Positions 54,003 to 64,000 of a DNA stretch of 64,000 nt are shown piece after piece. The notes beneath the pieces are model-generated. The model saw only the letters and a program-made list of their open reading frames with translations. It made no database searches and was not told where the DNA came from. The DNA comes from the human T2T-CHM13v2.0 reference genome, Homo sapiens: NCBI RefSeq assembly GCF_009914755.1, contig NC_060932.1. One strand, 5' to 3'. How positions within the stretch are numbered: position 1 is the stretch's first letter; the number at the start of each line of letters is the position of its first letter. The position numbers were made by a program, and so were the translations under genes.

Positions 54003-55600
54003 TCTGTTCATTTAAAAAATATGTGTTAAGCACCTACTATGTGTCACACAGTATCCTAGCACTGTGGATACAGCAGCAAAAGCAAACAAACAATAGACAA
54101 AAGTGTCTGCCTTAATGGAGCTCACATTCTAATGGAAGGAAACAGAATGAAACACCTTAATAGAAAAGCACATAGTATGTATGATGATGATATGCACTCT
54201 GAAGAAAAAATAAAGCAGAGAGTGGCATGAGGAGTTTTGGGTATGCTGTTGGAATAATTTAAATCTCCCTGAGAACATGATGGTAGTGAATTATGTGATA
54301 TGTGGGAATATGCAGGCAGGGGGATCTCAGACAGATAACATCGCATGTTCAAGGGCAGCAAGAAGGTCAATGTGTCTGGAGTGAGCAGTGGGTGAAGAGA
54401 AGGAGATAAGGATGGGACCAAACCCAGTACCATCTGGTGGACTAGAGCACAGATTATCTTTTGCTTTGAATGATATATGAAGCCATTGGAGACTTTTGAG
54501 CAGATTCATGATCAGATTTAGATTTTAAAAGGCTCATTTGGGCTAAGTGTTGAGAACAGACTTCAAGAAGGTGAGACATTTAAAGCTTTCAAGGGAGAGA
54601 GGATGGAAACTTAGACTAGGATGGAAGGGGCAAAAGTGGTGGAAGGTGACCTAATTCTGGATATATTCTGAAGGTAGTAGCATCAGCAGATTTCTTACTG
54701 GACTGGATGTGGGAAGTGGAAGGAAGACAGTTGAATTGGGATGATGCCATGGCTTGAGCAAATGGCAGAATTGAGTAGTTACTTAATGTGAAGGGGAAGA
54801 CTCTGGAAAGGATGAGTTTTTTGGAGAGGTATATTATAAGTTCTGTACTTGGGTATACTAAGACTGAGATGTTTGTCACACTTCTTTCATGAGATTCAGC
54901 GAAGCTGTGTGTCCTGGCCTCCTTGCAGTGAGTCTGGGTTTGTGACTGAGCTCTAGCCAATAAAAAGTGAGCACAAGTATTATGTGTCACATCCAGGCTC
55001 AGCTGTGAAGACCTCATGAGTATGATGCTCCAAGCTCTTTCCCCATCCTTAGAGGATTGCTGAAAGGAGAAGGCAGAACCGTAGGACGAAAAGAACCCAG
55101 GACCCCAAATAACCAGGTGCAAAGCCACCTGCCAACAAGGAATGATTGCGATAGACTTCGGAAGCAAGACATGAATTTTTGTTGCATATGACCACTGAGA
55201 TTCAGTAGTTTATCTGCATATAACCACTGAGATTCAGTAGTTTATCTGAGACAGAAATTAGTGTTGCACTAACTAGTACAGTGTCCAGATTGGACATATA
55301 CTTTTGGGAGTCACCAACTAACAGATGAGTGTTAGAGTCATACAAATGGATGTAATCCCCAAGGTAATGAACACTGATTGAAAAGAAAAGAGGTGCAATG
55401 ATTGAGCTTGGGGGACTCCAACATTTAGAGACCAAAGAGATGGGGCTGAACCAGCATAGAAGCCAGAGGAGTGGCCAGGGAAGTAGGGCAACCAGGCAAG
55501 TGTGATATCCAGAAAACCACTTAAAGCAAGAATTTCAAGGAGTAACCAACTGTAAAATGAAGCTGATGGGTCAAATCAGGTAATAAATTGGTCATTTCAT
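54003..55600 (-). mobile_element. Long L2 relic interrupted by an MLT1 LTR
   Basis: AAGCACCTACTATGTG..., GAAGCCATTGGAGACTTTTGAGCAG, TTCTGGATATATTCTGAAGGTAG, TTTTGGGAGTCACCA. Confidence 0.8.
54875..55280 (+). mobile_element. MLT1 (MaLR) solo LTR with internal 32-bp duplication
   Basis: TGTGACTGAGCTCTAGCCAAT...CCACTGAGATT...CTAACTAGTACA; duplication at 55183-55248. Confidence 0.65.
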
Positions 55601-57769
55601 TATGAGAAATATAGGTACTTTTGGGAGATGATTTTATGGTAGAATAAAATACAACCATGAAAATTGGGAAACTCTTAGATTCTTTAAAAATAATAATCAT
55701 TGTTTAAGAAGAGAATCGTACAGAAAGTCTGTTGTTCTAAATGATAGTCCAGTGAAATATTTATCATTCACTCTCTGAATCTGGAACTCTTCTATTGGCC
55801 AAACATTCCCTTTTTCTTCATTTCTGGACAAGTGGGACCCTGAGTAGAAGAGCTGTTTCCATTTCCCTTGCTGTTTTTGGTTTGTGTGTGGTGGTGTTTT
55901 TCATCAAAAACGTAGAGGACAGAATGGATGTTTTAAGTTGGGGAGCAGGAGATGAGTGAATCCAATATCATCTGTCAAATCCTTCATCCTGTTTTGTTTC
56001 ATTCTAAAGTACATGAGAGGCTGAAGGATTATTACCTTATAATAATTTTAAAATGCATCCTATGTTCCCACTTCTGTGCACTTTTCTCTGTTCCTGTGCT
56101 TTGAGTATCGGGTAAGTCACTCTGGAAATGTCACTCGCATTAAAATGAATGGTTTTGATCCTCACCTTGGAAAGAACAGATGTCTACTTCCCCTGCCTCA
56201 TTTCATCTGTTTGCTTTAGTTTTTCACTCTCTTGTTGTTTTTAATTCTGAAGCCTATCCAATGTATCTTCTTCTATCAAAACTGTGGTAAAAATTCTATC
56301 AGCTCATCCTTATACTTTTAGAGATGTTTCAAATCTCCTGCTCAGCTTCTCCTTGCTGGTCAGACTCTCTCCCTTCATTATGAGCAAGAAATGCCGGGAC
56401 TGTCTGCCTTTATGTTACAAATGCAGGTATGGTAATTCACTCCAAGTGTATATGCTGAATATTCTGAATCTACCAGCTTGTCTGTGTCCTGTTAACTGAT
56501 TAACCAGTCATGTGGAATAGTCCTAGCAAACTGCAGGCCTATGAAAAATCCACTTCACATTTGATAGATCACGTCTTGATGAACATTTCAGAAATTGATA
56601 GGTTTATTTGTTTCAAATCATGTTCTTTTAAAAATACTTTCTGGTCCAATTTTTATCTTTCTAGACATGTTGCATACTAAATTCTGAAAGGGTAAGCAAT
56701 CAGGTTTTTAACACGTGCCCTTTAAAATATTGACATGATTCAATACTTTCATATTTCGTATTCAATTGTTCTTAGCCATTTGCAAGTGTCTTCATATGTA
56801 GTTTGAAACATTAGAAAACTTGTCTATCTTATTTCCCTTACCTCTGTGCTGGGTGGCTCGTAGTTCTTTAAGCCTTTCTGCCAGTGGTGGTTTCTAACTA
56901 GACTGTTGCCACTGAACGCTGCAGGGAGGAAGGTGGGAAGGGCAGGTAAAATGGCAGTAATGCCCATCCGTGGTTTCATCCCTTTTCAAAGATTGAATCT
57001 GAACAGTAAATGCCAAACCCAATATGAAAGTCATCAGTTTAGAGTTACAGAAGGGTATCGACTCAATGTTTTCTCCAGGTCCTGTGTGTTTTTACCTCTC
57101 ACTTCCAACATAATGCCAGGTGGGCAAGGACCCAGCATCTTATCCTGGATTATGTAGGGGTACCAGGTTGGCCCTTCCACAAAACCATCATGACAGCATG
57201 GACACCTGGATCAGGACAGTCCTTTCTCTCTTGTTGTCAGAAACACAGTAGTGTGCAAAAAGATTTCATTTTTTCCCCACGTTCCATCTAACTGTATTTT
57301 ATTATTTCAAAGAAAGTGGTATTAAACTCTTTCGTTAATTAAATCAAAATTGAAAGTTGTAAAGCCACAGTGGAACTATCTCCTATTCAGAATTTAAGTG
57401 TACAACTTTGAATAAGGATATTTGTATAGATAAGAAATCCCAACTAGAAAGGAGTCATCGTGTGCAAGGAATTCCTACTCTGCTCCTAAACAGCATTGAT
57501 TCTTGTAAGAATAACCAGAATTTGCTAACACTTCTTGAGCCTAGTTTAACTTTTATTAATCTGCCATTTTATAATGTTGCATATATCTTGAGTTATTAAA
57601 ATAACTTAGTTATTTCATAGTTCAACAAAACAGGCAATAGTTCTCCTTCCTGCTTCAAATTTGTATTCATATTCATATTCTTTATGTACTTCAACCAAAA
57701 GTTCACAGCATGTTCTAAACATACCACTTTTGGATTATGCATGATGAGCTAGTCAAGTTTGTAAGAGAG

Positions 57770-58243
57770 TGTGATGGGCAGAATAACGGGCCCCCCAAAT
57801 ATATTCGTATCCTAATGCCTGGAACCTGTGAACACGTTAGCTTATAAAGCAAAGGGGACTCCATGATGCAGATGAAAATAAGGTTGTGAATCAACTGACT
57901 TTCGATCAGGGAGATTATCCTGGATTATGTAGGGGTGTGTTGTCATCATAATAGTCCTAAAAGTGCAAGAGGGAGGCAGGAATGGGGAGTCACAGGCATG
58001 CTGTGGAGATGGAGGTATGGGGACATGAGCCAAGGAATGTGGTGGCCCCAGGCAGCAGGCAAGGACAAGAAGACAGATTCTCCCCAGAGCCTGCAGAAGG
58101 AACATAGACCCGCTGCTTGATTTTAGCCCAGTGAGACCTGTGTCTGAGAACTGACCTACAGAGCTGTAAGCAAAGTAAATTGTAGGGCTTTAAGTCCCTA
58201 AATTTGTGGTAGCTTGTTACAGCACCAATAAGAAATTAATGCA
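57770..58243 (+). mobile_element. MLT1D (MaLR) solo LTR
   Basis: TGTGATGGGCAGAATAACGG...GAGATTATCCTGGATTAT...GATTCTCCCCAGAGCCTGCAGAAGGAAC...TTGTTACAGCACCAATAAGAAATTAATGCA. Confidence 0.88.
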
Positions 58244-59574
58244 GATATGCATGAGACATATGTATTCATCACCTTCTCTGATTATTGATTACACCCATTT
58301 TAACCTGGCAGGCATAACGACTGTCATGATGGGCTTGACTGAAACATTTCAGTCAGCAAACCAAAGATGGATCACTTAGGCCCCACAGTTTGAGTTTCTG
58401 GGATAAAGTTTTCCTCTGACTTTCCGGACACGGGCGGGAGCTTGGAACTTGGCAAGGGGTGAGCTGCACGGCTCCTAGTCTGCCCGTCCAACCTCAGAAG
58501 GTCAAAGTCTCTCCCCCTCCCTTCTTCTTTAACATGGAACTTTCTGCTTCCTGTCAGTATTATCTGATAATTTCCTGCCAACTCCCCTGTGGTATTTTTG
58601 GTATCAGATTATTACATACCTTCTGGAAATTAATATTTCCTGGGAATAGCCAATATACTTACTTCCTAGATTTATATTGCTTTCTACAGATAAGAGCAGA
58701 AAATGGGTCAAAATACTTACACATACACACTGTACCGTGAAGAAGAGCTCAGGAAATAGTGAAGATGATTTTCAGTACCTACAATCGAGAAAATAAAAAT
58801 ACATTTCTGAGTAATTAAGAAATATTTGTGAGGTGTTAATGCTGACATTGTATTTAATGGTGAGGCGTTTGATAGAAAATGTGTCCTTACCATCATCTGT
58901 TACAGCGTCTGGTGGGAGACACAATGGAGAGAAGGGAAGAGATGAGGCTTGGGGACAGGCAAGCTGGTGCTTGAACCCCACATCTAGCACTCAGCCATAG
59001 ACTTTTGGAAAGCTTCTCACCAGCTCAGGGCCTCTGTGGGCTCACCTACAACATGGATATGGCAGGTCTTCATACGTCTCCGTGTCATTTTACCTGGTGA
59101 CCAGCTTAGGTCTCCCTGGCCTTTATTTTGAGCCTTATACCTCTGGAGAGTTGCCTAATGGGACTTGGTTCCTCGTCTGTATGTTCTTAGCACCTAAAAC
59201 ACATTTCCAAGATGAATCCCTTCACCCTTCCTCCCACAAGTTGTCTTTTGCTTTGTTTTCCCTATCTCTGTTGGGCAGCCTGCCAACACTGACAGCCTAC
59301 ACTGTCAGCCACAGACCCAGGCATTGCCCTGCATTTTTCCTCCCCTTCGCCTGACAGCCTGGTCATAAGCCAAGTTTATGTCGCCTTCCAGTATCCCCGA
59401 GCTACATTCCCTGTTCTCCATCTGTGCCTCCCGAGTCCAGATCCCCATCGTCCATCACCTGCACTATGGCCACTGCTTCCCGGCTGTCCTTCTTGCCCCA
59501 CTGCCAGGCTTTGCAATCCATTCCTCCAGAGGGGTCTTTCTGATAGACGTGTTCTATCATTAAAATTCTTCCCT

Positions 59575-59823
59575 GGCCGAGGCAGGCAGATCACTTAAGG
59601 TCAGGAGTTTGAGACCAGCCTGGCCAACATGGTGAAACCTCATCTCTACTAAAAATACAAAAATTAGCTGGGCGTGGTGCCGCATTCCTGTAATCCTAGC
59701 TACTCACAAGGCTGAGGCATGAGAATCACTTGAACCCAGGTTGTCGGGGGTGGCTGCAGTGAGCCAAGATCATGCCACTGCACTGGTCGACAGAGCAAGA
59801 CTCTCTCTCAAAAAAAAAAAAAA
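59575..59823 (+). mobile_element. 5'-truncated Alu (S-type)
   Basis: Starts at GGCCGAGGCAGGCAGATCAC; poly(A) tail; no TSD seen. Confidence 0.9.
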
Positions 59824-59919
59824 GTCCCCGTTTTCCTTCACTTACAGGATATAGGCCTTAGGAAGCTACTCACCTTTTCTCTGCCTCAGTTTCCTCATCT
59901 CTGAAATGGAGATCATCAT

Positions 59920-60130
59920 GCTTTATTTTTAAGTAGGTAATATATCTCATGGTACAAAAATCCATCCAGTGTGAAAAATTTTGCACCTACTCTTGCCCCA
60001 CCCATCCAATTGCTCCCCTGCTCCAAATTGGTAAAAAATGTTATATTTTCTTCTACATCCTTTCAAAATTAATAAAATATATGCATATACACACCCATAT
60101 GCATATAAATACATATATACAATTTTCTAA
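59920..60130 (-). mobile_element. Old L1ME-like 3' fragment
   Basis: TTTATTTTTAAGTAGGTAATATATCTCATGGTACAAAAATCC resembles L1ME 3' ends. Confidence 0.45.
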
Positions 60131-63100
60131 AATTCCCCCTTTCCTATAGTATAAAACAAAGACAGAGTGAAAAGCATTTAGAAAAAGAAGCAAACTTGTG
60201 CCTAAGTATAAGGTGGATAGCCAAATTGAAAACAGCACAGGTATTTAAAAAACACATGTATGACATTACCAAATTTATCAGGTTTACAGTCTGTCTGTTC
60301 ATACAGACAAAAAAGAAATGTTCTTGCATGATTATCATAGCCACAAAGACCATGACACATTTTCAGATGTCTGCAATGGAAAATCTGGGAGTAAAATGGC
60401 TTTTGTTAGGGTATCAGTGATTTACGGGAAATGCTCAAGGTTTCATTTATCTTGGGAATGAGAGCTAGACGTATGACCCCTTGAGTTTCTATTGGTTGGT
60501 TGATCTGGTTTCGTTTCAGTGTTCCATGTGATAGTGTTTTCTTTTCCTCTGACTGTAGAACATGCTTGCTCATCATGGTAGCAGGGAAAAATGTCAGTGT
60601 TGCTTGCACACAAATTTTGTAGCTGGAGTGAGTATTGTTGTTATTTGTGTTATAGGAAATGCTCACTTCTTAACCTCTTTTGTCCTGGAGCATAGAATTA
60701 CTGCAAATGCTCACCCCTGGGAGCTGTCCTGCCCCCGATCTCCCACACAAACACTCAGCTGATAGGCAGACACATTAGCACTTAAGAGTCCCCTTGGCAG
60801 GCCCCCTTTCCAGCATTGTGCTGACAATTGGATGGGTACTGCACGCACACTAAAGTCCGCTCCCAGCATGGCACAGGGGCTCCCATCAACACTTTTTTTT
60901 TTTTAATTATTGTTGGTATGACCTTATTCCTTCCTACTTCTTTAACCTACTTTCCAAATACTCCCCTTCCTCCATTGTCTTGCACTTCATGCAACATCAA
61001 TACAAAAATATATATAGTTTATTTTAAAAATGTTTCTTTAGCATTCTGTTTCTGAAAGAACGTATAGCTTTAGAACACATGATACTGTTTCATGCTTTAC
61101 ACCTTTGATTGTGTTGTCCTCTATTCTCCACCCTTCCTCCAACACCTTTTCTGGTCTCCTTATGGAGGAGCTGATTTTTATTCTGACAGTGTTTTCCTCA
61201 TCTCTGAAACCCCACTGCCTAGCACAGTGCCAGGCACATTGTGAAAAAAGTGTTGAACTCACATAGGTCAATTACAAGGCTAGACACAATAGCCTTTCCC
61301 AAGTATACTTGGCTTGTCGGCAGTACCACCAATTAAGAATGCAAATGCTGTCCTACACTGCATTTCTTACTTATCTCCAGCATCAAAGGAATTTGAACAA
61401 TTTGGCTGGTGGGCACAAGGGAAGGTTATGCCTCACTGTATATATAATCATTTACACACTTAGTGCTCTCAAAAATGTGTCATTCTTTCACAACTCAAAT
61501 TTTGCATGAAGTATTTATAAAAGATAAAGAAATTGACATATTTTAAGAAAATATTGCAAGAATTACGGATGTGAGCATTTGAAGCATCATTATACATTAA
61601 AAATCCATAAAGTTTTCAGAGATACTGCTATTTTGGTGTAGCATCAAATCATTGTTCTAATAAGGAACACTTTTGAACTATGAAATATTATTGGTATCTA
61701 GAGTTCGGTGCAGATAATACAATTAAAATGTTTTTATATGATCATTTAAAAAAAAAGAATGCAAATGCTTAGTTTAATGACAAGTTTCCTGTTTCATGGC
61801 AGACTTTTTTTTTAAACAATGGGAACACTGAAAAAATATCTTCTAAATTTCTCGCATAAATCCATCATCCTAAGATGTCAAGAGATCTGGCTTTTGTAGG
61901 TCAGTTTCTATTTAGAGTAAAAGCAGTTGTTTAAATGGACCTTGACTCCACCTAAAAGAAGAGTATAGCTGTTTTTTCTGCATCCTGCATTGCACATCTC
62001 ACAAAGAACTAAAGGATGTTGCTTGGACTAGAGGAAAAGGATGGGGACTACATCTTCTGTATTTTGGAGCATCCGGGGCTTCACAAAGTGCTTGTCATAA
62101 GGCATTTAACAGTGCTTGATGAATATCTAATTGAACATTTCTATTATAAAAAAAAAATACAGCAACCACCTGGTGATGTTAGGTTAATTCCTACTACCCT
62201 TCGTCCATAGCTGAATGGCTCTTTGTTGTAATGTGTTGGATGGTACGTAGGTAAAGATGGGAAGGCCTGGGGCTTTGACTTTTTTCAGTCCTACTTTTTG
62301 GGTGGTTGAAGTAGTAACTGTCACTAGTCTCTCCCAGTTGACAGGATAATCCTGCACCACTTAGAGACAATTCAGGGATGGTTTGTCATTCAAGAGGCTT
62401 AAGGTGGGACTGATTCGGTGGCACCAGAAACATCTCATGGAGCAGCGTGTGTCACAGCATGACTGTCTCAGCCAACGATCCCATATCATGGCCTGTTTGT
62501 CTCAGGTTGCTCTCTAGGATCTCATTAGGGATCTCAAGTTCCTCTCCAGATGAGAAGACAATCAAAGGAGATGTGATGGAGGTCAGCTACCACTGAAAGA
62601 AAGGAATTCCACTGGTAGATTTCAGAATTTTACACATGTACACACACTATAATGTTAAATGGTATAATTCAAAATAAGACCTCATAAGATGCTGTTGCAT
62701 TTGGCTCAGAGTACACCCAAAGACAGCATTTTGAAACTTATCATCATTCACGTGAGATTTGTCAGGAAACTCAGGGAATATTGTGCCACTGTGAATAAGT
62801 AGAGATTTAGAACCAAAGTTTCACCTAATGGCTAAAGAGGTTTCAAAGATATTTTAATGAGAAGCTTAGGTTTTGTAACTGAAAGATTCAACAGAAATTG
62901 GCTTTGACAGAAAGCAGTTTTATATTCAATATTCTGGTTGCTATGGAGTCCATTTGGGCAGATTATGAGTAATATAAGAATAATATAAACTTCAGCTTCC
63001 AAAGACCTGATGCCCTGGTTAAGAGATGCAGTCACTTGACAAGTGAATGTTGACTAAATTTTTAAATGCCCAGTTTTATAATTGAATATTCCTGCTGAAA

Positions 63101-64000
63101 TAATCAAGATTTATGCTTGGTCATTCAGTGACTGAAGAAACCTTATTTAGGCACTTTACTACATGTCTAGAATTATGTCAAATGTTAGTTCCACAAAGAA
63201 TTGCATCCATTCAGAGTCTGAGCTTTCTTAATGGCTAGGCCAGTGTCATGGAAATAGAGGCACCAAAAAACATGAGCACCGTCAGAATAAAAATAAAATG
63301 CACTAAGCTTGATTATGCTCTATTTTAGGTTTTGTCTGTAAAGAAGTGATCTGCTTTTGTGTTATTTATAGAGAAGACCATATCAGTGTGTAATAATACT
63401 TAAAATAAATAGTAAATAAATAAAATAATCATGTATCCACTATGTGAGTGGTGCATAAAGTTCTAGGGAAAGTGCACATTTAGATGTTTGGGATGTAAGA
63501 CCCATCAGACTAGTTATTGTTGTTAGAAGAAATATGTTAAGTCATATAATGGTCAGTTTGCACTCTATAGAATGAAAATATTAATATCCATAAAAATATG
63601 ACACTTTTTTCTCTATTTGGCAGATAGAGAGTTGAGGCTGTCTTCTAAAGCTTGAGATAAACACACATCCTCTTTCTAGGTTACCTACTGAAATAAATCA
63701 TAGATACGCAGGTGACCTGTGACAAAGTGCAGATCTATATTGTCAGAATGAAAGAACAATTTGTGCACAATCACTAATATTTATATCTGGCATGTGGAAC
63801 TTACATTGCATCATTTTTCAAGGTGTTGAGAAGTATGTATTCTATAAATGCAGCATCCAGGGTTGGGGCTGAGCACTGCGACATGGATTAGATCCACTTG
63901 TCACTGAAAGAGTTCACTGTGGGGTTCGCTCTGCTAGCCTTGCACCCTGTGCACGGTCCCCAGCCGCTGCCTCCAGAGACATGTTGAAAGGTAGAGTGCT

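Noticed and set aside
54616-55167. Longest ORF in the window (183 aa)
   Set aside because: Spans an L2/MLT1 junction with no recognisable domain or exon structure; chance open frame

Overview
Primate (very likely human) non-coding euchromatic DNA, either intronic or intergenic. I find no credible protein-coding exon, structural RNA gene or processed pseudogene. The longer ORFs are read-throughs of Alu, L1, L2, HAL1 or LTR relics, or chance ORFs. The window is a mosaic of interspersed repeats: about 14 Alu copies or fragments (several with clean target-site duplications, TSDs), L1 3' ends almost all on the minus strand, a near-complete HAL1-like element, L2/MIR relics, DNA-transposon relics (MER3, MER33, MER44, MER45, MER5, MADE1, MADE2), MaLR/ERVL LTRs and microsatellites. 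Repeat family names were assigned by eye from remembered consensus sequences and need RepeatMasker/Dfam confirmation. I found no clearly new biological system. The best oddities are: (1) an Alu and an L1 inserted at the same target site, leaving three TSD copies; (2) a 32-bp minisatellite carrying three phased NF-kB-consensus sites; (3) two exact non-tandem 'doublets' of 36 bp and 22 bp, about 0.8-0.9 kb apart; (4) a CpG-rich, promoter-like patch inside an ancient HAL1; (5) a perfect DR2 within an AGGTCA half-site cluster; (6) a possible spliced minus-strand non-coding transcript near 28-29.6 kb.
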